Shown here one piece after another: positions 18,259-27,952 of a DNA stretch of 64,000 bases. Where the stretch lies: the NCBI GenBank assembly GCA_964577555.1, contig CAZNZM010000001.1, positions 12,684 to 76,683 of the forward strand, given 5' to 3'. The notes beneath the pieces were generated by a model, which did no database searches, was not told the origin of the DNA, and worked only from the letters and a program-made list of their open reading frames with translations. Origin of the DNA: an uncultured archaeon. GTDB lineage: Archaea; Iainarchaeota; Iainarchaeia; Iainarchaeales; Iainarchaeaceae. Made by a program: the position numbers and the translations under genes. Every line of letters begins with the position of its first letter. The stretch's first letter is position 1.

Positions 18259-18816
18259 ATGCAATGGTGGCTTCAATTCCTGATTTTAGACTTTTTGCTT
18301 ATAGCCACTCCTTTGGCTTACATTACATTTTTTGAAAGAAAAAAAATTTCAATAAAAAATATTAAAAAAGAATTCGGCTTGGAAAAAGGAGACATAAAAA
18401 AAGATTTGATTTTGTCAATGCAAATATTCCTAAGCTTGATTGTCTTTTCAGCCGCCATATCATTTATTTTAAATCTTGCAGGATTCAACGACTTCAACCC
18501 TGTTAAAGATGCCATTACAAACATAGTGCAATCAGAAAATTGGTTTTGGCTCACAAGTTATATTTTTACTATAAGGGTTTTTGGAGAAGAGTTTTTTTTC
18601 AGGGCGTTTTTAGTTCCAAGAATGGGGTTTTTTATCCCTGCATTGCTTTTCGGGGCAATGCACATAACGTACGGCTCCATTGCTGAATTCATAGGCGCTA
18701 CTTTATTGGGCTTGATTCTTGGAATAGCATATGCTGAAAAAAAAAGACTTTTGTCAAATTTTGTGGCACACACAATTTACAACCTCGTAGTATTTTTTAT
18801 TGTCCTGAAAATATGA
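18259..18816 (+). CDS. CPBP-family intramembrane metalloprotease (CAAX protease/Abi)
   Basis: Signature motifs EEFFFRAF (EExxxR), FGAMH (FxxxH) and HTIYN (HxxxN) in a polytopic membrane protein. Confidence 0.8.
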   Translation: MQWWLQFLILDFLLIATPLAYITFFERKKISIKNIKKEFGLEKGDIKKDLILSMQIFLSLIVFSAAISFILNLAGFNDFNPVKDAITNIVQSENWFWLTSYIFTIRVFGEEFFFRAFLVPRMGFFIPALLFGAMHITYGSIAEFIGATLLGLILGIAYAEKKRLLSNFVAHTIYNLVVFFIVLKI

Positions 18817-18889
18817 GCCAAACTAAAAAAAAAATTTAATCTTATAAAAAAAACAATTATTTTAAAATTGAAAAATTCGCGGCGATAAA

Positions 18890-19906
18890 ATGAAAACAAT
18901 AATAATCAGAATGAAAAAAAACAAGCCTGACAAAGAAAAAATAAAAATTGCGGCAAAAATAATCGCAAAAGGCGGGATAGTGGCTTTTCCAACGGAAACT
19001 GTTTATGGGCTTGGAGCAAATGCATTAAACGAAAAATCTGTGGCAAAAATATTCAAAGTAAAAGGCCGGCCTGCCGACAATCCTATAATAGTTCATGTTT
19101 CTTCAATTGAAGAAGCTGAAAAACTTGCTATGGAAATTAATCCAACAGCAAAAAAACTCGTAAAAAAGTTTTGGCCTGGTCCACTCACCATAATAGTAAA
19201 AGGCTCTGGAATTTTGCCGAAAAATGTTACTGCAGGACTAACAACAGTTGCTTTAAGAATGCCTTCAAACAAAATAGCGCTTGAATTGATAAAAGAAAGC
19301 AATTGTCCTATTGCTGCTCCTTCTGCAAACATTTCTGGAAAGCCAAGTGCAACAAACGGAAGCCATGCAATCAAAGATTTTAACGGAAAAATTGATGCGA
19401 TAATAGACGCTGGAACAACCGATATAGGAATAGAATCAACAGTAGTTGATGTAACAGGAAAAACCCCGATTATTTTGAGACCGGGAAAAATAACTTTGGA
19501 ACAAATAACCAAAGTTTGCGGTTTTGCAATTGCTAACTCAGAAAATTCAAAAAACAAAAAACCGAAATCGCCAGGAATGAAATACAGACATTATGCTCCT
19601 GAAGCTAATGTAATAATTTTAGAACCGAAAATCAAAAATTTGAAAGAAATGATCAAGGAAATTGAAAAAAAAGCCGAAGGAAAGACCGCAATAATAACTT
19701 GCAACAAAAAATTCGCAAAAAAACTGAAAAAAAAATATTATTGCATTTATGCAGGCAGAATTGCAAAAGACCTTGCAAAAATAATGTTCAACGAATTTAG
19801 GAAATTGGATGAAGAAAATTATAAAACAATAATAGTTCAAGGATTTGAAGAAAAAGGCTTTGGAGCTGCTGTAATGAACAGGCTTAAAAAAGCAAGTTTG
19901 AAATAA
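18890..19906 (+). CDS. sua5: Threonylcarbamoyl-AMP synthase Sua5/TsaC (YrdC domain plus Sua5 C-terminal domain)
   Basis: YrdC motifs (GGIVAFPTETVYGLGANA, KGRP..NPII.HV, PGPLT, SAN.SG.PS) followed by a roughly 120-aa Sua5 domain. Confidence 0.9.
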   Translation: MKTIIIRMKKNKPDKEKIKIAAKIIAKGGIVAFPTETVYGLGANALNEKSVAKIFKVKGRPADNPIIVHVSSIEEAEKLAMEINPTAKKLVKKFWPGPLTIIVKGSGILPKNVTAGLTTVALRMPSNKIALELIKESNCPIAAPSANISGKPSATNGSHAIKDFNGKIDAIIDAGTTDIGIESTVVDVTGKTPIILRPGKITLEQITKVCGFAIANSENSKNKKPKSPGMKYRHYAPEANVIILEPKIKNLKEMIKEIEKKAEGKTAIITCNKKFAKKLKKKYYCIYAGRIAKDLAKIMFNEFRKLDEENYKTIIVQGFEEKGFGAAVMNRLKKASLK

Positions 19907-20005
19907 TAATTTGGTTTTGAGCGGAAAACAAAAAAGAGAGCATTAAAAAAAATTAATTTTGGATTGTTATTTATATATTAATTTATTCGGATTATATGGT
20001 TTTTT

Positions 20006-20989
20006 ATGAAAAAAATTTGCCTTGGGCTTGAAGGAACTGCCCATACTGCTGGAGCAGGCATTGTTGATGAAAACTGCAAAGTGCTTGCCAATGTTAAACA
20101 TTCACATACAACAAAAAAAGGCGGGCTAATTCCAAGGGAATTGGCAGACCATCATTCGGAAAAATTTCCAGAAATCGTAAAAGAAGCGATTGAAAATGCC
20201 GGAATAAAATTGAATGACGTTGATTGCATTGCTTATAGCAAAGGGCCTGGCATAGGCAATGCTTTAAGCGTTACAGCCACTGCTGCAAGAATGATCAGTC
20301 TTTTGCATGATAAGCCGATAGTGCCTGTCAATCATTCTGTTGCACACATTGAAATTGCAAAAAAAATGTGTGCAAGCAAAGACCCGTTGATACTTTATGT
20401 TTCTGGCGGAAACACACAAATAATAGGATATGAAGCAGGAAAGTACAGGGTTTATGGAGAGACTCTCGACATAGGCGTGGGAAACCTTATTGATTCTTTT
20501 GGCAGGGATTTGGGCTTTGGTTTTCCACAGGGTCCGAAACTTGATGAAATGTATTTTATGAAAAAAAAATATATTGAATTGCCATACACTGTAAAAGGCA
20601 TGGATGTACAATTTTCAGGGCTTTTGACTGCCGCGGAGAGAAAAATAGGCAAAGAACCACAAGAAGATTTGGTGTATAGCTTGATGCATAATGCTTTTGC
20701 CATGATTGTAGAGGTTGCAGAAAGAGCCCTTGCACAAACCGGAAAAAAAGAGCTTTTGCTTACTGGCGGGGTTGCGGCTTCAAATGCTTTGCGGGAAATG
20801 TGCAAAAAAATGTGCAAAAAAAGAAAAATTGCATTCAAGATTTGTCCAGAAGAGTATGCAACAGATAATGGCGCAATGATTGCTTGGGCTGGATTGTTGA
20901 AATTCAAATCAGGTGTTTTTGTCAAGCCTGAAAACGCTGAAATAGAACAGGATTTTAGAGTGGATTTGGAAGAAGTTACTTGGACTTGA
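20006..20989 (+). CDS. kae1: tRNA threonylcarbamoyladenosine transferase Kae1 (KEOPS catalytic subunit), not fused to Bud32
   Basis: ASKHA fold. LGLEGTAHTAGAGIV, metal-binding HSVAHIE and SGGNTQ motifs. 327 aa. Confidence 0.93.
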   Translation: MKKICLGLEGTAHTAGAGIVDENCKVLANVKHSHTTKKGGLIPRELADHHSEKFPEIVKEAIENAGIKLNDVDCIAYSKGPGIGNALSVTATAARMISLLHDKPIVPVNHSVAHIEIAKKMCASKDPLILYVSGGNTQIIGYEAGKYRVYGETLDIGVGNLIDSFGRDLGFGFPQGPKLDEMYFMKKKYIELPYTVKGMDVQFSGLLTAAERKIGKEPQEDLVYSLMHNAFAMIVEVAERALAQTGKKELLLTGGVAASNALREMCKKMCKKRKIAFKICPEEYATDNGAMIAWAGLLKFKSGVFVKPENAEIEQDFRVDLEEVTWT

Positions 20990-20997
20990 TTAAATGC

Positions 20998-22347
20998 TTA
21001 ATTTTTTCTTGAAAAAAACAGGTGAATTGGAAAAGATGCAAGGCTTAATATTAACCCGTAAAAAATCAAAGGCAAAGAAATACCAAACAAAACCAAGGTT
21101 TCAGTCATTTGAAGTAACATTATCAAACAAGAAATAAAGCCAAACATGGAAAGCAATGGTATCTTTCCTATGTTGAAAGGCATTCTGAAATGTTCTTTTG
21201 AAGTAACATGTTTAAACCTGCAAGCTATTGCTGAAAGATTAACCAATGCAAACATCGTGAATATGAAATAATTTGAAAGCAAAGCTATTTTCTTTATGTC
21301 ATCAATAAAAAGAAGGAAAATTGAAACTGACATTATGAATAATATTGCAATGTAAGGAGAATTGGTTTTTGTTTCCAGTGCTTGAAAATTTTCCGGCAAT
21401 TCGTGTTGCTTTGATAAACCATAAAGCATTCTGCTGGCTACAAGAACAAGGACAAGAACAGTATTTGATGTAGCAAATATTCCTATTAGGCTTAACAATA
21501 CTCCGGCATTTGCTCCAAAAGATTGTTCAGCAACCGCTGCAAGTGGATTGGCTTTTTTGGAAAGCTCTTGCCATGGCATTATATTTACCACTGAAATTGC
21601 CGCTAGACAGTAAAGCAAAGTAGAGAATGCAAGGGAAAAAAGAACTGCTTTTGGAATGTTTCTGGAAGCGTTTTTTGTTTCTTCTGAAATATTTGCTATT
21701 TGTTCAAACCCTACAAATGCAAAGAAAATGAGCGAAGCGGCGGACAATATTGATGTAATGAAATCAGTGTTTGGCGGAATTTCCAGCAAATCCGCTTTTC
21801 CGATATAACCTAAACCGAAAAATATTATTAGGATTATTCCTAAAGATTCTATGAGTGTGGCAAAAAAATTGAATTTTGCCGATTCTTTTATGCCAAGGTA
21901 ATTTATAAAACTGACTAGCATAATAAGCGCTATTGCAGAGCCAATTATTGGAAATCTGAAAAGGCCGTTAAGGTATCCTGCAAAGCCAAGTGCAACAACC
22001 GAGATAGAAAAAATGTTAGCCAATATTGCCGAGTAAGAAGTAAAAAAAGCCAAAAAATTTGAACCAAAAGCGTGTTTTACGAATACGAATTCAGCAGCAG
22101 TTTTTGGAAAAACTGATGAAAGTTCGGCATAGCTCATGGCAGTAAAACCTGCAATTATTGCGGCTATCACAAATGATAACCATGTAGCATTGCCTGCTAT
22201 TCCTGATGCTTCGCCTATAAGAGCATAAATTCCAGCTCCTATTATTACGCCAACTCCGTAAAACATTGCATCAAAAAATGAGAGGGATTTTTTCAAATGC
22301 ACCGGATTTTTGAATTTTAAAGCCATTAAATCACACGAATTTTTCAT
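20998..22347 (-). CDS. APC-superfamily amino-acid permease (12 TM); likely start at the Met at 22323
   Basis: GVGVIIGAGIYALIGEA... followed by 12 hydrophobic segments. Typical of the APC/AAT family. Confidence 0.82.
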   Translation of the reverse strand: MKNSCDLMALKFKNPVHLKKSLSFFDAMFYGVGVIIGAGIYALIGEASGIAGNATWLSFVIAAIIAGFTAMSYAELSSVFPKTAAEFVFVKHAFGSNFLAFFTSYSAILANIFSISVVALGFAGYLNGLFRFPIIGSAIALIMLVSFINYLGIKESAKFNFFATLIESLGIILIIFFGLGYIGKADLLEIPPNTDFITSILSAASLIFFAFVGFEQIANISEETKNASRNIPKAVLFSLAFSTLLYCLAAISVVNIMPWQELSKKANPLAAVAEQSFGANAGVLLSLIGIFATSNTVLVLVLVASRMLYGLSKQHELPENFQALETKTNSPYIAILFIMSVSIFLLFIDDIKKIALLSNYFIFTMFALVNLSAIACRFKHVTSKEHFRMPFNIGKIPLLSMFGFISCLIMLLQMTETLVLFGISLPLIFYGLILSLASFPIHLFFSRKN

Positions 22348-22804
22348 TTATATAAAAATAAAGCGGTATTGAAAGTATAGCTAAAAAAAGAATAAAATTG
22401 AATGGATAAGGCAAAGTGTTTATTGACTTGTTTTGGTAAATATAAGCTGAAACAACTATTATTGCAAAAATAAATAACTCAAAAAAAACTATTTTAAGGG
22501 ACGATTTTCTTTTTGCAACTTTTAATTTTCTGAAGTTGCTGGTGTAATTGTAGAAATGAAGTGCCGCGAATATTATTGCTCCGGTGATAATAAAATTGAA
22601 AGGCGGGTCAATCTTGTTAGTGGCAGGATCTATGTAAACCAAAAAAGCGAAAAGAACCGCCATTGCAAGAATAAATTCCAAGATTATAAGGGCAGTGTAT
22701 TGTAAATCTTTTAGCTTGGACAATTTTTGTATTGCCTTTTCAATAATCAAATTAGTAGCATCCCACCCAATTAAAATGTCAAATTTTTTTCCCATAATAA
22801 TCAA
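22331..22804 (-). CDS. Hypothetical 4-TM membrane protein overlapping the permease start
   Basis: 157-aa ORF. Hydrophobic. No recognisable family. Confidence 0.35.
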   Translation of the reverse strand: MIIMGKKFDILIGWDATNLIIEKAIQKLSKLKDLQYTALIILEFILAMAVLFAFLVYIDPATNKIDPPFNFIITGAIIFAALHFYNYTSNFRKLKVAKRKSSLKIVFFELFIFAIIVVSAYIYQNKSINTLPYPFNFILFLAILSIPLYFYINEKFV

Positions 22805-23400
22805 TTTAGTTTATACTGGCATATATTTATTTTGGTGACAATTTTTGGGAATTTTTTATTAATAAAAAAAGTAAAAGCAAAATTAATGTAAACAATTAAA
22901 AACAATAAAATTGCATAAAAACGGCTCACAAAAAACAACATAGACAACGCCTAAAAAAAAACCAAAAAAACTTGGCTCGCCAAAAAAAACGCCAAACAAA
23001 ACAAAAGACTGCTCAAAATAAAAAAAATACAAAAAAATGGCCAAACACAAAAAACTATAAAATCAAAAAAAAACGGCTCACAAAACAAACAACAAAAAAA
23101 ATAAATTCCAAATAAAAAACAAATCACTCTACAAAAAAAATGACAAAAAAACGGCTCGGAAAAAACAATTCAAAAAAAAATGACAAAAAAAACTTGACTC
23201 GCCAAAAAAAACAAACAAAAAAAACAAATTCAAATTTTAGAACAAAAAAAACCTGTCAAAAAAATAACAGCCAAAACAAAGACAAAAAAAATTAAAAATC
23301 ACAAAATAAAAAAAACAAATTGTCAAAAAAACAAGTAAGCCCTAAACAAAATCAAGCATACAAAAAGGCGAAAAAATTAAGGATGAATTGTCTTAAAAAA
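22805..23400 (+). repeat. 596-bp A-rich low-complexity spacer with a repeated aaaaaCGGCTCRC / CTTGGCTCGCC-aaaaaaaacaaaca unit
   Basis: No ORF. At least 6 copies of the GGCTC(A/G)(C/G) island in a poly-A/ACAAACA context. Two tandem units of about 45 bp lie at 23137-23240. Related spacers occur at 27640, 45704 and 63855. Confidence 0.7.
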
Positions 23401-23401
23401 A

Positions 23402-23857
23402 TTATTTTTGGTTGCTTGATTCTATGCCGAGTTGTTCGTCAAGTTCTTGCGCTACTTTTTTCATTCTTGAAAATATTCTGTCAATGTCATCCTCTAATTC
23501 CTCAATTATCCTATAAACGGATTTTGATCTGGATTGATAATATCTTCCATTCTTTACTATAAGGCCAGAGCGAATAAGATTATTCAAATGGTTAACAACC
23601 GCGCCCCTGCTCATGCCAATTTTCTGCACTATTTCGGCTGAGGTAATAGGCCTTCCTTCTTCAGTGGCTTTGAAAATTTCCCTGAAAATTGCTGCTGCAG
23701 TCCTTTCGCGGTCTATTGGTTCAAAAAACCCGAGAGATTGACAAATCCATTCAAATTCAGCTACAGGGTCGTTAGAAAAAGGGCGTTCAACACGTTTCAC
23801 TACAATTCTGAAAGATTCTCGCCTCAAAGTCATAAAAATGCAAATAAGCAAAAACAT
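23402..23857 (-). CDS. Winged-HTH transcriptional regulator divergent from grpE (putative heat-shock operon regulator); likely start at the Met at 23833
   Basis: Predicted wHTH (ITSAEIVQKIGMSRGAVVNHLNNLIRSGLIVKNGRYY) plus a C-terminal acidic helix. Shares a palindrome-containing intergenic region with grpE. Confidence 0.55.
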   Translation of the reverse strand: MFLLICIFMTLRRESFRIVVKRVERPFSNDPVAEFEWICQSLGFFEPIDRERTAAAIFREIFKATEEGRPITSAEIVQKIGMSRGAVVNHLNNLIRSGLIVKNGRYYQSRSKSVYRIIEELEDDIDRIFSRMKKVAQELDEQLGIESSNQK

Positions 23858-23878
23858 TTAAAAAAGTTTTGATTAAAA

Positions 23879-23914
23879 ATTTTAGTTATTAACTAAAAAA
23901 TTTAGTTAATTTTT
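23879..23914. promoter_or_regulatory. Candidate operator: imperfect palindrome TTTAGTTATTAACTAAA plus a second TTTAGTTAAT copy 20 bp downstream, in the regulator/grpE divergent promoter region
   Basis: Inverted repeat read directly from the sequence. Two copies spaced by about two helical turns, immediately upstream of the grpE start (23920). Confidence 0.4.
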
Positions 23915-23919
23915 AAGGA

Positions 23920-24459
23920 TTGGTGGTTGAATTGGAAAATAAAAACAATGGGCGCAAAGAAAATAAAATTAATGAAGAAAAACAGGAAAACCCGTTGAAT
24001 GAACGCGATAAAGAATTGGAAGAACTTAGGCAAAAAAGCAATGAATACAAGGAAACCTTGCAAAGGTTGCAAGCAGACTTTGAAAATTTCAGAAAAAGGC
24101 TTGACAAAGAAAGGGATGATTATAGAAAATTAGCTGGTGCAAAAGTAATAAGCGATTTCCTGCCACTGTATGACACTCTTAACGAAGCGGTCAAACAGGC
24201 TGAAAAATCCAAAAATGAAGAGTTGAAATCGGGAATGCAAAAAGTACTTGCCCAGTTTTTGCAAATATTGCGTTCAAACGGAGTTGAAGAAATAAACACT
24301 GAAGGAAAAAAATTTGATTTGGAAATGCACGAATGCATAATGACTGGAAATGACAAGGACAAAGAGGACGGAATAGTTTTGGAAGAATTCCAAAAAGGAT
24401 TTACAATTAACGGCTTTGTATTAAGGCCTGCAAAAGTGAAAATCAACAAAAAAGGGTGA
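23920..24459 (+). CDS. grpE: Nucleotide exchange factor GrpE
   Basis: Coiled-coil N-terminus (RLQADFENFRKR) and C-terminal beta domain (GF..NG.VLRPAKV). Confidence 0.9.
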   Translation: MVVELENKNNGRKENKINEEKQENPLNERDKELEELRQKSNEYKETLQRLQADFENFRKRLDKERDDYRKLAGAKVISDFLPLYDTLNEAVKQAEKSKNEELKSGMQKVLAQFLQILRSNGVEEINTEGKKFDLEMHECIMTGNDKDKEDGIVLEEFQKGFTINGFVLRPAKVKINKKG

Positions 24460-24567
24460 AGAAATGAAAAAAATAGAATGCAAAAAAGAAACAAAGGAAG
24501 AAAAGGAAACATATCAACACATTCCCAAAGCAAGGGAAAAAATAAATTTTTTTGACGTTTATGAGGG

Positions 24568-26424
24568 GTGGTGAAAATGACTAAAATAATAGGCATAGAC
24601 CTTGGAACATCAAACTCGGCAGCGGCTTTTTTGGAGGCCGGAAAGCCAAGAATAATACCAAGTGCTGAGGGAAACACAATGTACGGAAAAGCTTTCCCAA
24701 GCGTTGTGGCGTTTACAAAAGACGGCCAGGTTCTTGTCGGAGAGCCGGCAAGAAGGCAGGCGATATCAAACCCAGAAATGACTTTTACCGGTTTCAAAAG
24801 AAAAATGGGAACAAATTACAAATATAAAGTCGGGGAAAAAGAATATACGCCTCAACAATTATCAGCATACGTGCTTCAAAAAATCAAAAAAGACGCTGAA
24901 GCATTTTTGGGGGAAAAAATAGAAAAAGCGGTTATCACGGTTCCGGCTTATTTTGATGACAACCAAAGACAAGCCACGAAAGATGCTGGAAAAATCGCGG
25001 GGTTGGAAGTGATAAGGATAATAAACGAGCCAACAGCTGCATCTTTAGCTTATGGTCTTGACAAAATGAAAAAGAACTTCAAAATACTGGTATTTGACTT
25101 GGGCGGAGGAACCCTTGACGTTACTGTAATGGATTATGAGGAAGGAGTATTTGAAGTAAAAAGTACTTCTGGAGACACGCAACTTGGCGGCAGAGACATG
25201 GATGAAGCAATTATAAATTACATTGTAAAAGACTTCAAAGCAAAAGAAGGCATAGACCTTACAAAAGACGCAACGGCAATGCAACGTGTCAGAGAAGCGG
25301 CTGAAAAAGCCAAAATAGAGCTTTCAAGCGTCCTTGAAACCGAAATAAATTTGCCATACATTACAGCCACAAACGAAGGACCTAAACACTTAATCATGAA
25401 AATGAACAGAGCAAAACTCGAAGAGCTTGTTGACCCTATTGTGAAAAGATGCTTGAAGCCTGTGCAACAAGCGCTTGCGGACGCAAAAATGACTCCTTCT
25501 GATATAGACAAAATAATTCTTGTTGGCGGGCCGACAAGAATGCCAATAATCCAAAAGTTCATTGAAAAAGAAATAGGCACCAAAGTTGAAAGGGGAATTG
25601 ATCCGATGGAATGCGTTGCGGCTGGAGCCGCAATACAAGGTGGGGTCCTGGCTGGAGAAATAAAAGACGTATTGCTGTTGGATGTTACCCCGTTGAGTTT
25701 GGGCATTGAAACTCTTGGCGGAGTTTTCACAAAACTTATTGAAAGAAATACAACAATCCCGACCAAAAAAAGCCAAATTTTTTCAACGGCATCAGACAAC
25801 CAACCAGCAGTTGATATACATGTTTTGCAAGGCGAAAGGCCTCTTGCAAAAGACAACAAAGAGTTGGGAAGATTCCAATTAGTTGGAATACCGCCTGCAC
25901 CAAGAGGAGTGCCACAAATAGAAGTCACTTTTGACATAGATGCAAATGGTATAGTCAATGTCAGTGCAAAAGACCTTGGCACCGGCAAGGAACAAAGCAT
26001 AAAAATAATAGCTTCCCAAAAGCTATCAGATGAAGAAATAAAAAGAATGCAAAAAGAAGCAGAAGAAAACTTTGAAGCTGACAGGAAGAAAATGGAAGAA
26101 ATAGAAACCATAAATAACGCGGATGCCGCGACATACAGCACTAATAAAATGCTCAACGATTTAAAGGACAAAATATCCGAATCAACTGCAAAGAAAATAA
26201 GGGAAAAAAACGAGTCTCTCAAAGGCTTGTTGAAAGAAGAGAAAAAAGACATAAGCAAAATCAAATCTGCATTAGAAGAATTGAACAAGGTTGTTCAAGA
26301 AGCTTCAACAGAGCTCTACACCAAAGGAAAACAAAGTCAAGATAATTCGGAACAGGAAAAAAAGGATAAAGACAAAAAAGACGAAAAGGTGGTAGACGCG
26401 GATTTCACCGAAGAAGAAAAATAA
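24568..26424 (+). CDS. dnaK: Chaperone DnaK (Hsp70)
   Basis: [19 protein letters not shown] and the full NBD/SBD/lid architecture. Bacterial-type Hsp70. Confidence 0.97.
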   Translation: MVKMTKIIGIDLGTSNSAAAFLEAGKPRIIPSAEGNTMYGKAFPSVVAFTKDGQVLVGEPARRQAISNPEMTFTGFKRKMGTNYKYKVGEKEYTPQQLSAYVLQKIKKDAEAFLGEKIEKAVITVPAYFDDNQRQATKDAGKIAGLEVIRIINEPTAASLAYGLDKMKKNFKILVFDLGGGTLDVTVMDYEEGVFEVKSTSGDTQLGGRDMDEAIINYIVKDFKAKEGIDLTKDATAMQRVREAAEKAKIELSSVLETEINLPYITATNEGPKHLIMKMNRAKLEELVDPIVKRCLKPVQQALADAKMTPSDIDKIILVGGPTRMPIIQKFIEKEIGTKVERGIDPMECVAAGAAIQGGVLAGEIKDVLLLDVTPLSLGIETLGGVFTKLIERNTTIPTKKSQIFSTASDNQPAVDIHVLQGERPLAKDNKELGRFQLVGIPPAPRGVPQIEVTFDIDANGIVNVSAKDLGTGKEQSIKIIASQKLSDEEIKRMQKEAEENFEADRKKMEEIETINNADAATYSTNKMLNDLKDKISESTAKKIREKNESLKGLLKEEKKDISKIKSALEELNKVVQEASTELYTKGKQSQDNSEQEKKDKDKKDEKVVDADFTEEEK

Positions 26425-26445
26425 AATTGAATGGCAGAGGCAAAA

Positions 26446-26466
26446 CTAACTTTTATAACAAGTTAG
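26446..26466 (+). other. Intercistronic stem-loop between dnaK and dnaJ (CTAACTT-N7-AAGTTAG)
   Basis: 7-bp perfect inverted repeat in the 57-bp dnaK-dnaJ spacer. Confidence 0.4.
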
Positions 26467-26481
26467 CAAAAGGGTTGTTAC

Positions 26482-27639
26482 ATGACAAAAGACTATTATG
26501 AAATTCTTGGAGTGCCGAGAAATGCCTCTGCCGAAGAAATAAGAAAAGCTTACAAAAGGCTTGCAAAAAAATACCACCCTGACATAAACAAGGAAAAAGG
26601 CGCTGAAGAAAAATTCAAGGAAATACAACACGCATATTCAATACTGAGTGATGAACAAAAACGTAGAAACTACGACCAATTTGGGGAACAATCTGAAAAG
26701 TTTTCGGGTTTCGGAGGGTTCAGCGCAGGAGGCTTTGAAAGCAATGAATTCAACTTTGAGGATATTTTTGAATCAATGGGCTTTGGCTCTGGATTTGCTG
26801 ATTTTTTCGGAGAAAATATTTTTGGCGGAAGGCAAAGCAGAAAAAGCAGGGGAACAGACATATTAATAAGACTAAACATATCATTTGAGGAAGCCGCGTT
26901 TGGAACAAAAAAAGACATAGAAATAGAAAGAATAGAAGAATGCGAATTATGTAAAGGGAGTGGGGCAAAACCAGGCACAAAAATTTTAACATGCAAAATA
27001 TGCAACGGCACCGGTTTTGAAAGAACAGTGCGTAGAACATTTATCGGAACCATATCAACCCAAACTACTTGCAGAACATGCAAAGGAACTGGAACTTCAT
27101 ACGAAGAAACTTGCCATAATTGCCATGGCGATGGAAAAGTAAATAAACGGAAAAAAATCACGGTTGAAATTCCTGCAGGTGTTGATACAGGCACAAAACT
27201 CAGAATTTCAGGCCAAGGCAATGCAGGAAGCCAAGGAATGAAAAGAGGAGACCTTATTATACTTATTTACGTTGAACCGCACGAAATATTCAAGCGCGAC
27301 GAACAAGACATTTACATGGAAGCCCCTATTTCCTTCAGCGAAGCAGCGCTTGGCGGAGAAATTGAAGTGCCAACATTAAAAGGAAAAGCAAAAATCAAGA
27401 TTCCGCCTGGAACGCAAAGCGGAACAATTTTCAAAATGCATGGTAAAGGAATAAAAGTTTTAAACAGAAACGAATACGGCGACCAGTTTGTCAAAGTGAT
27501 TGTTAGAACCCCAGAAAAACTTTCAAAGCGCCAAAGAGAATTGTTTGAACAGCTCGCTAAAGAAGAAGAAATTGCAAAGTCAAGAAAAGGATTTTTTGAC
27601 AGATTCAAAGACATTTTCAACGAGAAAAAAGACAAATAA
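26482..27639 (+). CDS. dnaJ: Co-chaperone DnaJ (type I: J domain, G/F region, 4x CxxCxGxG zinc finger, C-terminal domain)
   Basis: DYYEILGV...HPD J domain, G/F-rich linker and four CxxCxGxG repeats. Confidence 0.95.
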   Translation: MTKDYYEILGVPRNASAEEIRKAYKRLAKKYHPDINKEKGAEEKFKEIQHAYSILSDEQKRRNYDQFGEQSEKFSGFGGFSAGGFESNEFNFEDIFESMGFGSGFADFFGENIFGGRQSRKSRGTDILIRLNISFEEAAFGTKKDIEIERIEECELCKGSGAKPGTKILTCKICNGTGFERTVRRTFIGTISTQTTCRTCKGTGTSYEETCHNCHGDGKVNKRKKITVEIPAGVDTGTKLRISGQGNAGSQGMKRGDLIILIYVEPHEIFKRDEQDIYMEAPISFSEAALGGEIEVPTLKGKAKIKIPPGTQSGTIFKMHGKGIKVLNRNEYGDQFVKVIVRTPEKLSKRQRELFEQLAKEEEIAKSRKGFFDRFKDIFNEKKDK

Positions 27640-27910
27640 AAGCTTGCTGAAAAAAAAGCTGCAATGGCCAAAAAAATAATCCGTTTCTATTGCCAAAAAA
27701 AAATCGACTGGTAAAAACAAAAAAATTTCAAATATAAAAAAACAACAAAAAAATAAAACAAAAAATGACTAAAAAAATAAATGAAAAAACAAAGCGAACT
27801 AAAAGCAAACAAAAAACCGCCAAAAAATTTTTTGCAGGTTGAAGAAGCAAAATTGTGTTTAAACAAAAAAACTAGTTTTTTAAGGCGATTAGCGTTTTAA
27901 GTAAAAATTA
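27640..27910 (+). repeat. A-rich low-complexity spacer related to 22805-23400 (GGCCAAAAAAA / TTGCCAAAAAAAAA / CCGCCAAAAAA islands)
   Basis: No ORF. Same compositional style and GC-island motifs. Forms the right border of the Hsp70 cassette. Confidence 0.6.
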
Positions 27911-27952
27911 TTGTTTTTAAGCTTTTTTAATGGTGAATTATTAAAGTTAATT

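Noticed and set aside
22805-23400. A-rich regions considered as CRISPR arrays or as rRNA/ncRNA genes
   Set aside because: No regular repeat-spacer periodicity with unique spacers and no cas genes. The composition is far too A-biased for structured rRNA. Reported instead as a low-complexity repeat family.
25218-26288. 356-aa minus-strand ORF antisense to dnaK
   Set aside because: It is the mirror frame of the highly conserved dnaK. The Ser/Phe/Leu-rich composition is an artefact of antisense A/G-rich codons.
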